Source: Diplonema japonicum
Taxonomy: Eukaryota; Protista; Euglenozoa: Diplonemea
Direction: 5' to 3'
Assembly (NCBI GenBank): GCA_964019335.1
Contig: OZ025649.1
Location: forward strand, 310,001-374,000
Length of the DNA: 64,000 bases
Each line of letters starts with the position of its first letter. The stretch's first letter is position 1. Positions 10,634-23,632 of this stretch are shown here, piece after piece. A program made the position numbers and the translations under genes. Below the pieces are notes generated by a model. The model saw only the letters and a program-made list of their open reading frames with translations. It had not been told where the DNA came from and did not search any database.

Positions 10634-11109
10634 GATTTCTTTTAAAAAAGAAAAATGTATGATAGATGATGAGACGAGAGAAACAATGGGGGGGTAAAAA
10701 AAAAAGAAAAAAAACACGATTTTTTATTTTATTTTTAGAGCCATGTTAGTGTTTTTGTTTTTTTCCCCCCTTTCTTTTTTTTTTGGTTAACAAAAAAAGG
10801 GGGGTGGTAATGGTGATGGTGGAAGGGGGGGGGGGGTAAATTCGTTACTCGGTAGAGATTTTTTTTTAACGGTGAGGACAAAACTTCTTTTTTTTTCTTA
10901 TAATTTTTTTTAAAAGATTAAAACTAACCCTCCTTGTTTTCTTTCCCCCCCCCCCCCCTTCTTCTTACAGTGCTTCTTTTTTTTTAATATTTCCACAAGC
11001 TCCCCACCACCCCCCTTTTTTTTAATTCGATTCATCATTCTTACCCACCAAACACAAATAAAAAGAAGGCGGAGGGGACGAAAGGAACAAAAAAAAAAAG
11101 TATATATAA

Positions 11110-12868
11110 ATGGAGCGATTCGAAAGAATCGACAAGCTTGGTGAAGGTGGACAAGGTAAGGTGTACAAAGTACGGAAAAAAGACACGGGGGCTGTGGTGG
11201 TGCTGAAGATGATAAATTGCTCAGACCCAACGTTTGCAACTCTCGCGGAAAGGGAGATAGAGGTCATGAAGGCATGCATCCACCCACACATCATCAAATT
11301 CCACGAGTCCTTCCGCCACTGTGGAAAAAGCGGCAACTGGGTCTGCCTAGTAATGGAATATTGCAGCGAAGGCGATTTGTTCACAAAATTCAAAACGGCA
11401 GTTCAAGAAAAAAAGCGTTTTGACGAGACCAAGATCACCTCATGGATTTGCCAAATCGCATCAGGCCTACAGTACATGCATGAGAAAGATCTATGGCACC
11501 GGGACATCAAAGCAGCTAACGTTCTCTTTGACGACAAGGGCGTTCTTAAACTCGGCGATTTTGGCCTCTCCTCCTCCTACAGCCCCCATGGGCACAAGAC
11601 AGTTGTAGGCACCCCTTTTTACTTCGCACCTGAGATCATGCTGAACCAACAGTACAGCAACAAGGTCGATATTTGGAACCTTGGTGTTGTCATGTTAGAG
11701 CTCCTCACCTTCAAGCAGCTTCCCGTCAACGTGGAGGTTCTACGCAACGACAGGATGCACGCTAAGATCATGCAATCCATCCTTAAGGAAGGTTATTCCA
11801 AGAAGCTTGCCATGCTTGTGTGTTCCATGCTCAGTAAGCTCCCTGATGATAGGCCTTCCGCCAGGGAGATCCTGCAGCAGATCACACATGAGGACGACGG
11901 TGTTGTCGGTGTACCTGAACGGGAATTCAGAAAAAGCGAGGCGTTGCTCCGGGAGACCCTTGCCGCACACCCCCTTTTTGCAAAGAGCGCTAAAAAAGCA
12001 GCCGACGCCGCTCAGAAGAAAGTGCGGTCGAAGACACCGCCAAACCACCATCTAGGCAGTGCCACCGTGAGACACGATGAGAGGAAAAGAACCACACTCG
12101 CGGAGGGTGAGATCCAGCGGCTTATCGCGAGTGAAGAAGAGAAACATGTGAACGGTGTGAAGGCGTTAGCGACGCAGTTCGACAGGGCGCACATGCAGCA
12201 GCATCAACAGCAACAGCAACAGCAACAGCAACATCAACCGATGCAGACTGCGCAGCCCATGCAGGGCGCACACCCTGGGCATAGGCAGACGCCAGCTGGA
12301 GGGAGCGGCACGCCGCCTGCGACGGGGCAGTGGGGGAACACTAGAACCCACACAACCCCCACTTCACCGAGGCCTGTACACCACACGCACCACCAAGGAG
12401 CCCCTTTGCAGCATGGTGGTGTTGCCTCGCCATTCAGGTCGCCGCCCACTCCAAGCGGTGCTGCCCCAGGCACTATCAAGTCACCCACATCACCAATCCC
12501 TAGCCCTGGCCACGCACCTAACACAATGAACACGAGGCGGGTCAATGGTGTGTCAGGGTGGCCGAACCACCCTAGAAGCCCTCGTATGTAAAGTGACTCT
12601 TCAATAAATGTCTTAATTAACAGTGGCCAACGAAGGCAGCGGGGGATCGGGGTCTGCCGGGTCAGGATCCTGGGATGCCCACCAGCACCAACAGCAGCCA
12701 CAACACCAGCACCAACACCACCAGCACCAGTGGACCTCCCCCACAATAGTCAATAGGCCTATAGTCCAGAAGGGCCCGCGTGGCTTGGGCGAGAATGAAC
12801 TACTACACGTCCAACAGCAACTGCAGCACCTACATCAACTCCAAACAGGCCATCGGCCAGCCGGGTAA
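11110..12868 (+). CDS. NIMA-related (NEK-type) Ser/Thr kinase with Gln/Pro-rich tail; intron 12584-12623
   Basis: GEGGQG, VVLK, HRDIKAANV, DFG, VGTPFYFAPE, DIWNLG. A phase-1 intron links to ORF 12623..12868. Confidence 0.88.
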
Positions 12869-13067
12869 TCTGGCATAAGGGGAAGGGGGGGGGGGGGGGG
12901 GGGGGGGGGTGCTTGTTTCTTTTTCTTAGTTCTCTTTTCTTTCATTTACTTTGCATAGTATGCGCACACTTTTTTTTTAAAAAAAAAAATAATAATGCAG
13001 TGTCTGAAAGACGAACAAAGGGAAAACCGTGACTCTCCCATCCTCTCCACCTTTTTTTTTTTTTTTT

Positions 13068-13098
<31 letters not shown>

Positions 13099-13320
13099 AC
13101 TCCGGCTCGTCATTTATTTTTCTTCTCGTTCCCATCCCCCACTACGGGTGCATTCCGTCACCCTCTTGGGACGCTGTAACTTTTTTCTTTTATTGGTGGG
13201 CCGTTCCTAACACCCCCCCCCCCCCCCCCCTTCGTCATTGTGAGTTTTTTTTTTGTATAGGTAAGACTCCCCAAGAGCCTCCCATGTGTGTCTCTCTCCC
13301 CCCCCTTTTTTTATACAGTT

Positions 13321-13520
13321 NNNNNNNNNNNNNNNNNNNNNNNNNNNNNNNNNNNNNNNNNNNNNNNNNNNNNNNNNNNNNNNNNNNNNNNNNNNNNNNN
13401 NNNNNNNNNNNNNNNNNNNNNNNNNNNNNNNNNNNNNNNNNNNNNNNNNNNNNNNNNNNNNNNNNNNNNNNNNNNNNNNNNNNNNNNNNNNNNNNNNNNN
13501 NNNNNNNNNNNNNNNNNNNN
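13321..13520. other. Assembly gap (200 N)
   Basis: Run of n. Confidence 1.
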
Positions 13521-13871
13521 AGGGGGTAACAAAGGAAGGGGGGTTTTTTTTTTTGACGATTTCCCTCCCACCTAGTATATTTCTCCATAATGCATTTGCT
13601 TTTATTTTTTTCTTTCTCTCTTTGTTGCCTTTTTATACACCTCGATGGTCCTTTGCTTTGCATTTTTTTTTGTCTCCCCCCCTCCCCTTTGTCCACTATT
13701 TTATTTTCACACATAAAAATAATTTCCCCTTTTCTCTTCGTGACGTTGGATTGCTTCCCCTCTCCTCCCCCCTTCCTCCATAAGAGGCTCTTGGGGGATC
13801 GGGAACAAAAAAAAAAGAAAAAAAAGAAATAAAATAAAAAAAATTGAAAAGAAAACCCCAAATTAGGCTGT

Positions 13872-13912
<41 letters not shown>

Positions 13913-15615
13913 TTTTCACCCCCTTCCCCATGTCTGTTTCCTTTTTGTCTGGAAAAAAAAAAAAAGAAATAAAGAAAAATGGGAGGGACAAAATACATAG
14001 GGGAGAACCTGCCTACGTGCTGTGAGAGAGAGAGCCACGGGCCCAGGTAAAGGTTTTACCCTGGCAGTGGCAGCAAAAAGAAAAGAAAAAAGAAGAAAAA
14101 AAGCAAGAGAAGACAAAAAAATGGGGGGAGGGGGAGGGAACTTCGCAGTTAAGTGCTTTACGTACCATTTAGAAAAAAGAAAACAGAAAGATATCTTCCC
14201 CTCCCCCCCTTTTCTACCAACCTCTCCCTTCTCTCCCCCCCCCCCCCCCCCCCCACTTTGTGCTTTTTTAAGTGAGAGAAGTTTAAAAAAATATAAATAT
14301 TTTTTTAAACTTCTCTCACATGGTGCCTAGATGTAAAAAAAAAAAAAAAAGAAAAGAAAAAAAGAAGAAGAATAACAAAAGAGAGAGGAAACTAATCTCG
14401 TGTGCCCTGTACGTTCTCGTCCTCGGGTTTTTCACCGTTCTTAAAACATGTCATGAATCGTGTGCCTGTCGAGAAAAATACTAGTTTCCTTTGGTCGAGG
14501 CACGATATCAAAGGGGGGAAAAAAAGGAGGGGAAAAAAAAAGAGAGAAGGGGGAGGGGAGGCACATCATCCATTTTTTTTAGAAAGGGAAAAAAAAAAAT
14601 GCTATTTATAAAGCAGTTTTTTATTTTTAAAAAGAGGTTTAAAACAAACTAGGGAAAAAAGAGTGAGGGGGAAAAAAAGGGAAGAGATAGAAGAGGGCTG
14701 GGCGGTGGGGGGGTATAAAAGTAGGTTAAGTTCCTTCTTTTAGCATGCCCCCCCCCCCCCCCCCCCCCCCCCCTCTCCCCAACCAGCTGTAAATTTTTGT
14801 ATAACAAGCGAAGACCTGAAATATTAATGAAATGGCGGAGGAGGGGGGGGTGAGTGCACCCTTTTGAGTTTTCTTTTTTTTTTTCTTTCTTTTCTAGCTC
14901 AAGTTGCTTCTGCGAGAATATTACTACTTTCATTAATCACGGTGAATTTCATTTCGCAAGAGCTCGAGATCTGTGCACAAATCTTTGACGTCCTTCATGC
15001 TTTTTTTTTTTTTTTTTTTTTTTTTTTTTCTCGCTGTATAGTTTCTTTCTTTCTTTCCTTCTTCTTTGCACCCCTCTAACTGTTTGTACGCCTGTATACG
15101 TAATGAGAGCGAATTTTGTCTCCCCCACCACCACCACCTTCTTTGAGGGAAGGTCGATATAGTAGGCCCCAGCTGAGAACAGGCCCAAACAGTTAGAGCA
15201 GGCAAGAAGGATGGAGGCCAAGGACCTCCCCCCCCCCCTGAAAGAAGAAAAACGAAAGAGGGCAGAAAAGAACAACCCCCCCCCCCCCCTTGCCATTTTT
15301 CATTTTATTTCACCCACCCACCCCCTTTTTGGTTCTCTCTTTTTATTTCCCCGTTAATTTGTTTTAAAAAAAACAACCATCACAACACAAAAAAAGAAAT
15401 GAAGCACATGCACCCCCCCCCCCCCCCCACACAACCCCCCCCCCAAATATTATTCCCATTTGCTTCCCATTTCCACCCCCATTGTTTTTTTTTTCCTTCT
15501 GTTTTTTTCTTTTTTTTTTCTCTTCCCCTCTTTTTTATTTCCGTTCTGTTGTAAAAAAAAAATGAGAACTGAAAAGGGAGGGAGGGGGGGGGGGGGAGAA
15601 AATTCTAAAATAAAT

Positions 15616-16005
15616 ATGGCAGCCGCGTTGAAGGAGCAGTTGCAGGAAGCAGACCTGGCAGCGATACAGAATGTGGAAGAATGTGGGCGAGAGATAATTA
15701 AACGGGACGAAAGCAGTGATTATGCGATGTTTGGGCTACTGACTGCCATGATGGATGGGGCCAGAAGTGGTAACCCTGCACTGCAAGAAGAAAACCTTTG
15801 TTTAAAAAAGGAGCTGACGACAGTGCGAGCAGAGTCTGAAGCAAACGGCACACGGCTCTCCGACCTCTTGAGACAGCAGGAAGACGAGCAACAACAATTT
15901 GTCACAAAGCGCATCGTCTTCGAAGTTAAAATCGAAGAGCTTAAAACCAGAGTTCAAGAGCTCGAGGATGAAATTACTGCAAGGAAGCTTGCTGAAACAA
16001 AATAG
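15616..16005 (+). CDS. Small coiled-coil protein (MAAALKEQLQE...)
   Basis: ATG after an A-rich leader; heptad-rich sequence. Confidence 0.6.
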   Translation: MAAALKEQLQEADLAAIQNVEECGREIIKRDESSDYAMFGLLTAMMDGARSGNPALQEENLCLKKELTTVRAESEANGTRLSDLLRQQEDEQQQFVTKRIVFEVKIEELKTRVQELEDEITARKLAETK

Positions 16006-16318
16006 GAGGGGGGCTTTTTTCAAGTGGGGGTTTTGCCTTAAACCACCATTTTTCTCTTTTTGTCTCTTTTGTGGCCTTTATGGGTGAAAAGAGTAACGAT
16101 GTGAAGCCTGCGTTGCCTGTCTAACAAAAGCGAGGCTTGCACAAACAATCTCCTTTTCTTTTTGTGGTTGTCTACTAGCACTTTCTCATTGTGTAAATTC
16201 TTCTTTTGTTGAAGAATGAATAGGGGGGAAAAAAAAGAAGAAGAAAACCCTTCTTTAGTATTGTCCCCCTGCTGTGCTTCCCCCTGCGCCACAAGTTTAT
16301 CTGCGCCAAAGGTGTTGA

Positions 16319-18820
16319 ATGAACAAAAATGGGGCTGTGCTAGTCCATGCTGTGGGGAGGGACCAGGCGAAGTGCAGGCTGCGGCACCGGGAAGACGCAG
16401 CGCAGCGAGTGAAGAAGATGCTCAGCGAGAGGAATGGGTGGGTGATGGGGAGCTTGGGAGACTCCAGGGTTGTAATGGCAGCAGCAGCCGACGAGGTGAG
16501 CGGCTTCACAGCTTCATGGGCGGAGCGGCTGGTGGATGTCGGCAAACTTGTTGTAATCAATATCGACGAAGGCATCACTGGCCTGTACTACAGGGGTGTG
16601 GAGCTCACCCTGCCTCGGAACAGCATGCCCAGAGGCGCTTTTCTAACGCTCGCTGCATGCGAGATGTGCACTGCACACGCAGCAGGCCTTCTCCCTCAAA
16701 ACCTCGCGCTCACGCTCTGTGAGCACACCAGTGACCGTGGTGCTGTCCTTAAGATATCCACCATCGAGAGATGCTTGTTCAGCAAGCAACTCACCCACTC
16801 GCCCCCTGCCATCTCGCTCCGGACGGCCATTTGCATCTCCACAACTCGCTTCCACTGCCTACCAGGTGACACCTTCACCGCCACCCACATTCCTCGCACA
16901 CGGAAGGAAGCCGTGAACCCTGTTTTCAGCACCCCTCGTGAAGTGTCAGCGTTCATCAGCCTGCTCAGTACTTCGACAGACCTCGTCCTCTCAGGAGTGG
17001 TCAAAATAAATAAGAGGATCCCTGTCGGTGTGAAGCCCCTCTTCGCCTATCCTACATTCCACACTGACTTCACAATGCTGGTTTGCCACCTCCCCACGGA
17101 AGAGCTCCCTGTGCTGGAGGCGCAGTTCCTGCGTGCAGGAGTCGAGCTCTCCGATGTCAGCTTCACGGTGGGGTACCCCGTGGCTATGGTCCTCTACGAG
17201 TGCGAGACACACAAAAAACAGCGCGTGCTTCCTGAACTGCAGCCAGTGGGGAACAAGAAGAACGGGGGTGTAGTCCTGAGGTGCACCAAGGCATGGCCAT
17301 GCGTGCCATATCAACTTTGCTCTCGCCATGGTGATTTGCGGGACCCAAGGGACTTGACGCTGTATACGAAAGACGGCCTGTTGCGGTGCAAAGCCAACTG
17401 TAAGTGCAGGTCTCGGAAACACAGGTCCCGTTCTCGTTCCCGATCTCGTTCCCGGTCACGGTCACGGTCACGGTCAAAATCTTCGTCAAAAAGCCCTCGC
17501 AAGAGAAAGGGCAGGGGCTCATCAAAGGATAAACGTAAGAAGCCACCACCACCATGTAAAGACCCCAGCAAGCTCGCCTCGCAGCAGGTACTTGAGTCAT
17601 CATGGACAGTGGCCGATCAGCACTCAGAGATCCCATGTTACGACAGCACCGTCGACGGATACCTGCACCCCTTCGTGTCGCTGAAAGAGCGGCGGTCTAT
17701 CCTAAGAGAGAAGCGGCTTGAGCTGCAGGAAAAACAGCGCGCTGAGCGCAGGAAGCAGAGGAAATTACTTAGGAATCGCAAAGTACCACTTTCATCACCC
17801 GAGCTCATCAAGCCAACGGTGACGGTTCCCACGGGACAGGTGACACCTCCCGTGCTCGATATTGTGTGTTTGGAGCAGGTTTTGGCTATCAAGAATATAT
17901 TCACAAAGCACGCAACCCATAGTATGAGAAAGAGGTTTGTGTGCAAGGGATGCTCGAATGACTTCATGCTGCAGGAGGTGTGCATCAAAGTGGATAAGAT
18001 TGATGAGGCAGGTTTTTTATTTGTTCTTAAATCGGCGCGCGAGGTGACAAAGGGGTACGTGAACACTCCGAGGACCCCAGAAACCGCAGGGAGGGAGGCG
18101 CAGACAGCACGCACCTTACTGCGCGAGACGAACGGGATGGTTTACTGGACCATGTTTTTGGTGTACGCGACGCTGCGGGAGGGTGACAAGAAGGGTTTGA
18201 GGGACTTTCTTGACAAGATAATCTGCACCACAGCAAAGCTCGAGAGTGTAGACGACCACCTGACCCTGCTAGAGCAGGTGGTAGGCCGCACGCCTTTAGG
18301 GGAGAGGAAGGTGAATTATTTCCTAAAACACGTCTTCCACAAAAACCTGCTGCCCATGGACCCAATGATGTTGCTGCTGGCGGTGCAGCCCCCCGCCGCA
18401 CAGCTAGCGGTGGTGAACTGTATGTGGAACGATACGAAGTTCAACTTGGCGTTTGCTGCAAAGTCGCGACACACTTGTTTCGAACAAGGAATCGGTGCCG
18501 AATCACCGCAGTTGTCAGTCGCAGTGCACACGCAGGAGGTGTTTAGAACTCGTCCGGTCATCAATGTTGACCAGCTGTCCAACGCCATTGAGGGGAAGTT
18601 CTTGGAACCATCTGCGGGGGCGTTGATGCCGACCTCGCATGTGATATCGCCTGTGTTAGGTGTGCTGAAGAAAAAGGGTGTTGTGCTCGCGTTGCGTGCA
18701 AAGACAACTCGAAAGATAAGGTTCACTGCCCCGCTCTCCAGCAGCCCCGACAACGACACCCTCGATGTTATGTCGGCAGAGAGTGACACCAGCTCTGCAG
18801 CCACTGACAAGGGGTCATGA
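16319..18820 (+). CDS. Hypothetical protein with central RS-dipeptide/basic domain
   Basis: 833-aa ORF; (RS)n at ~17423-17478 followed by K/R-rich NLS-like segments. Confidence 0.75.
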   Translation: MNKNGAVLVHAVGRDQAKCRLRHREDAAQRVKKMLSERNGWVMGSLGDSRVVMAAAADEVSGFTASWAERLVDVGKLVVINIDEGITGLYYRGVELTLPRNSMPRGAFLTLAACEMCTAHAAGLLPQNLALTLCEHTSDRGAVLKISTIERCLFSKQLTHSPPAISLRTAICISTTRFHCLPGDTFTATHIPRTRKEAVNPVFSTPREVSAFISLLSTSTDLVLSGVVKINKRIPVGVKPLFAYPTFHTDFTMLVCHLPTEELPVLEAQFLRAGVELSDVSFTVGYPVAMVLYECETHKKQRVLPELQPVGNKKNGGVVLRCTKAWPCVPYQLCSRHGDLRDPRDLTLYTKDGLLRCKANCKCRSRKHRSRSRSRSRSRSRSRSRSKSSSKSPRKRKGRGSSKDKRKKPPPPCKDPSKLASQQVLESSWTVADQHSEIPCYDSTVDGYLHPFVSLKERRSILREKRLELQEKQRAERRKQRKLLRNRKVPLSSPELIKPTVTVPTGQVTPPVLDIVCLEQVLAIKNIFTKHATHSMRKRFVCKGCSNDFMLQEVCIKVDKIDEAGFLFVLKSAREVTKGYVNTPRTPETAGREAQTARTLLRETNGMVYWTMFLVYATLREGDKKGLRDFLDKIICTTAKLESVDDHLTLLEQVVGRTPLGERKVNYFLKHVFHKNLLPMDPMMLLLAVQPPAAQLAVVNCMWNDTKFNLAFAAKSRHTCFEQGIGAESPQLSVAVHTQEVFRTRPVINVDQLSNAIEGKFLEPSAGALMPTSHVISPVLGVLKKKGVVLALRAKTTRKIRFTAPLSSSPDNDTLDVMSAESDTSSAATDKGS

Positions 18821-18924
18821 CATTTACATGTTGTTAAATTGACTTTCTCACCCCTCTCCCCCCTTTGCTGTACTTATCAACACTTACTACAGGCTTTTAG
18901 ACAAAAAAACCACCCAAACTTAAA

Positions 18925-19203
18925 ATGTGCACCACTTACCAGGAGTTCAGCGACAAGCTCGACCGTCTCGATGCCGAGTTCAGCAAGAAGATGGAGGAGC
19001 AGAACAAGAAGTTCTTCGCCGACAAGCCCGACGAGTCGACCCTGTCTCCTGAGATGAAGGAGCACTACGACAAGTTCGAGAAGATGATCAAGGAGCACAC
19101 CGACAAGTTCAACAAGAAGATGAGGGACCACTCCGCTCACTTCAAGCAGAAGTTCCAGGAGCTCCTTGAGCAGCAGAAGAACGCCCAGTTCCCTGGCAAG
19201 TAA
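18925..19203 (+). CDS. KMP11: Kinetoplastid membrane protein-11, copy 1
   Basis: 92 aa; KLDRLDAEF.KKMEEQNKKFFADKPDESTLSPEMKEHY...QQKNAQFPGK. Confidence 0.97.
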   Translation: MCTTYQEFSDKLDRLDAEFSKKMEEQNKKFFADKPDESTLSPEMKEHYDKFEKMIKEHTDKFNKKMRDHSAHFKQKFQELLEQQKNAQFPGK

Positions 19204-19223
19204 GAACCAGACCGCTTGTAAAA

Positions 19224-19258
<35 letters not shown>

Positions 19259-19733
19259 AGGACGCGAAAAGGGAAAAAAAAAAAGATTTCAAAAAAAAAA
19301 AAATGGCATAGTAAAAAAAGAGGATAGCCCGGCATTGCCTTGCAGCCCTTTAATTATGCTTTAATATTAGACTCCCCCCCCCTCCCCGGTTAACCTCTTT
19401 GCCCCAGTCCTCTAGTGTTCCCTCTCCTGCTTTTTATTTATTTATTTTATTATTATTCCCATCCCTTTTCTTTCCCATATATATATGCGCCCCCCCTTTT
19501 TTTTCTTTCCTTTATTATTTATATTTGCACCTGTTCGATCGGGGAGGAGGGAAAAATTTAAAAAACAAATTTTCTTCTTTTCGTTGTTTTTGTTGTTCGC
19601 ATGACTTTACAAAACTGCGATAGTTTCTTTTTGTTCCGCACTAGTTGCATGTCGTAATGAAATCATTTTTGAACTATAAATATTTGTATCAAAAAGAAAA
19701 AGGAGAAAATAAAACAACTAAGAAAAAAAGAAA

Positions 19734-20012
19734 ATGTGCACCACTTACCAGGAGTTCAGCGACAAGCTCGACCGCCTCGATGCCGAGTTCAGCAAGAAGA
19801 TGGAGGAGCAGAACAAGAAGTTCTTCGCCGACAAGCCCGACGAGTCGACCCTGTCTCCTGAGATGAAAGAGCACTACGACAAGTTCGAGAAGATGATCAA
19901 GGAGCACACCGACAAGTTCAACAAGAAGATGAGGGACCACTCCGCTCACTTCAAGCAGAAGTTCCAGGAGCTCCTTGAGCAGCAGAAGAACGCCCAGTTC
20001 CCTGGCAAGTAA
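19734..20012 (+). CDS. KMP11: Kinetoplastid membrane protein-11, copy 2
   Basis: Protein identical to copy 1. Confidence 0.97.
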   Translation: MCTTYQEFSDKLDRLDAEFSKKMEEQNKKFFADKPDESTLSPEMKEHYDKFEKMIKEHTDKFNKKMRDHSAHFKQKFQELLEQQKNAQFPGK

Positions 20013-20205
20013 GACCTTAACTAGTTTGATATTTTGATAGATCCCCCCCCCCCCCCCCCCCCCCTCAACGTTGTTAATACCCTTTCCCCCTCTTTCTTTT
20101 AACTTATCTCAACACGCCCCTCTTCCCTGTTTGCATACAACGGCACCACAGAGTTGGGGTTGTGAAGAACTCCAAACTAGAAACAACAAGGGGACAGGGG
20201 AGAAC

Positions 20206-23085
20206 ATGGCGTCCCCAGAAAGCCACAAAGAGCTGCTGCGAGCAGCGTTTCAAAAGCAGAGCATAGATGGCAAGCTGTACTACTTGGGGCTTAGGAAGAT
20301 ATTCGAGGATCTCGGATTGTGTGGCGACCAGCAAGGAGAAGTGCTGGAGGGCGTGTGGCGGGCGATGGGGTCGGGTGAGCATGTCTGTTGGGTGTCCTTC
20401 CGTGACGTCATGACTAGCATCACAAATGCAACGGGTGCTGACAGCCTCTCTCCGGTGAGGAGGACATCTCCCAAGAGGCCGAGCTTCGTTTCGCCCATCG
20501 ACCTCCCTGACGATGATGTGGAGATCCCCCTTGGCTACGGCGACCACCAGCAGCACCTCCCCTCCGTGTCCTCAGTCCCCCCGCCTATGATCCACACCAC
20601 GCCCTCCATCAACGCCTATTCATCAAGGAACTCCTCTCCGCACTCCTACGTCTATGACAGGGAGGGCGAGGCACAGGACCGCGCAGGTGCGCAGCTGATC
20701 CAAGAGCTTGGGAGGCTCCGTTCCCTCTCCGCCAGCACGGACACGGCATCGTCCGTCGCGACCACCACCAACGAACTGCTGCAGAAGCGGCAAGCTGAGA
20801 TAGACTCCCTTGAGGCAGGTGTCATCGCACGTGAGCAGGCGGGGATGCTGGCCAGGACGCGTGCCTCGTTCAGAGCACACGAAAATGACCAGCGCATCGC
20901 CGTCTGTGATCTAGAGCTCACTGCACGGACAGATGTCATCCTGCGTGCGTGGCGACTGGCATCTGTGCGGATGCTGGATGTCATCGAACGCGAGAGACGG
21001 GTAGACCTCAGGGAGAAGGCTGTCAGCAATGCCCCCCCAACACACCGTGCCGACCCGTCCGCAGTCGCAGCTCTAAAGCTGCAGAAAGAGCATCTGGAAT
21101 CGCAACAGCAAAGCTTGGAGGCCCGTCTCAGTGTCGCTGCTACCGCAGAAGCGGACCTTGCAGCACGCCAGCGTGACCTTGACAACAGAGAGCACATGCT
21201 GAACAAGAAAGAGCTGTCCCTCGGCAACGCATCAAGGGCGAAGGAGTCACTGGTCGATAGAGAAGCAATCGCACAGGACAGGGAAAGGGCCCTGCAGCTG
21301 CAGGAAACGCGATTGCAGCACAGAGAGGAGGAACTAAGGGAGTCACAGATGCGGGTAACTGTGCTAGAGAAGGCTTTAGAAGACAAGGAGCTGAATTTAG
21401 AGGATATCAGGAACAGGCAGAACGCATTCGAAGAGGTATGCGCAAAGGGAGGGAGGAAGTGAATACACACAGCGACTCGTTGCACGCGAGACTCAAATAG
21501 AAGAGACCAACTGGAAGTTCCAGCACGACCTGAGTGCTAAGCTGAATGAGCTTACCAAAGCGGAAAATGATGTAAAGGAGGTATGCAAGCAGCTAGCAAA
21601 TGCAACACCAAACAGAGAACTGCACGCTTGAAGCAGGCAGAGAAAGACAGGTCACGACTGGACGAGCGCCAAAGGTGGCTAGCAGAGAAGGAGGAGGAGT
21701 TGAACTTGCTCGACGCCGAGCTTCGCAGCAGGCGGCAGGTGGTGGAGGACAACGAGAGACTGAAGGCGCAGATCGAAGCGAGGGAAGCAACACTGCAGTC
21801 AAAAGAGGCTTCGTTGAAGGAGGTGATGAAGGCCAAGGAAACGACTACAGACATTAGGGAGGCAAGGTTGGACGAGAGGGAGAAACTGCTAAGCATTGAA
21901 ATTGATGCAAAGGGGAGGATGACACAACAGCTAGTGGAAGCAAATGCAAAGCAGGCTGAGATGCAGGTTAGAGCCACCGCTGCCGAGGCGAAGGCTGCAG
22001 AGTACGGTGCTAGAGTCAAAGAACTCGAGACCCTTGCAGAGCAGGAGGGAGTTCTGAGAGAAAAGGAGAAGTACCTCCAGATCGAGCTTGCCAGGATGGC
22101 CTCTATGGAGACAGCACTGCATGAGAGGGAGAAGGCGTTTGACAAGAAAGCAGCGACAACCGAAAACTGGATCAGCGTCATCGGCGACAGGGAGCAGGCA
22201 GCAGTGCGGCAATACGAGGCTGCGACGCAGGCGACGGACAAAGCACAGCGAGAGCGAGAGTTGCTTATCGAAGCGAAAAAGAAACGTCAAGCGGACGAAG
22301 TAGAAACGAACGAGTTGAATATGAGGCTGAAGCGGCAGGAGAAGGAATGGCTTGCCTGGGCAGAGAAGGTGAAGCAGAGAGAGAAACGGGTCGAGCAAGA
22401 GATCAAAAAATTCAGAGGAAAACAAGAGGAATTCGGCACGTTCACCAGAACCGAAACGGAACGCTTGAAAGATTGGGAAAAGCAGATCAGGGACCTCGTG
22501 AGGAAAGGCAAGGACGAGAGGGCCTCTGTAGACAGGTTGCGGAGAGAGCTCAAGGAGCAGCAGGAGATGTTCCAAAAACAGAGACAATATGAGAACAAAG
22601 AAGTTGCTTTAAGATCTATATCGTGCACCAGGACCATAGGAACAGAGGGCCCTACCTCACCAGTGGGTGACGAAGAAGCGGATGGCGTGCTGTCGGCGGC
22701 AAGGGAACTGTACTCCAAGACACTTGCCATGCAAGATAACCTCGATCATAGGCAGAAACAACTGGATCTTAGAGAACATCAACTATCGCAGGTGTCGAGG
22801 CCAACGACGCCCCGCCTCTATTCGCAGCCCACAACACCGAGGAAGATAACACCCATGCGACACGCATCGTACCCGGGGCACCTTTCCTTCGACGATGTTA
22901 GGTCTGTGGAGGGCGTTGTTGCCGCCCCGAGTGAGGTACCAAAGCTGCAACCGGTATGGCAGGTGAAAAAAAAAAAAAAAAAAAAAAACAGTTCCCCGAC
23001 ACACCAGAAGCGACGTTCACGCAGAATATACTACGCGGGGCTGCAGATGTTATGAGCACCTGCAGCGAAGAGGTATGACGTGCAA

Positions 23086-23120
<35 letters not shown>

Positions 23121-23632
23121 CTTTTGAAGCGCCAAGTGTGGTTTCTGAAGCGTTTAGAGCTGCATCAACAAGTGGGGATCGAGGCAGCTCAGTGGCGACA
23201 TGGATGACAGGCCACAGTGAAGTGACTGAGAGGGAGAGCCTGGCTGGGAACAGCCGCTGCGGGACTCCTATTAAACAGTTGTCTGTGGACGGCAGCTGGT
23301 TCAACACTTCCCTTGACATTGCCTTCACAAGCCCTGGGAACGCGATCGGCAGGAAGGCTGTACAGAAGAGGCAGTCTGCCTTAATGACATCCGGGTCCAG
23401 GGGCAAGGAGCTGAAGGGCGCGCCCTTGACCGACTCACAATTGGCGTTGAACAAAATATCCACCGACATGTCGACCCTGGGAAGCACGCTGACCAAAGGC
23501 ACCCACTCCCCTTTCAAGAGCCCCTCACCAAGGTACCCTTCGCTCTCCGTCTCTTCTGTCTCTACCAACAAGGTCACTGTAGACCTTATCAGCAAGTCCG
23601 TTGGGAAGCTTCTCGGTTCACCCAGAAATTAA
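20206..23632 (+). CDS. Large coiled-coil protein; introns 21436-21472, 21581-21615, 22954-22991, 23073-23119
   Basis: Four GTATG...AG introns join ORFs 20071, 21583 and 23075 into one frame; long E/R/K/Q heptads. Confidence 0.8.
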
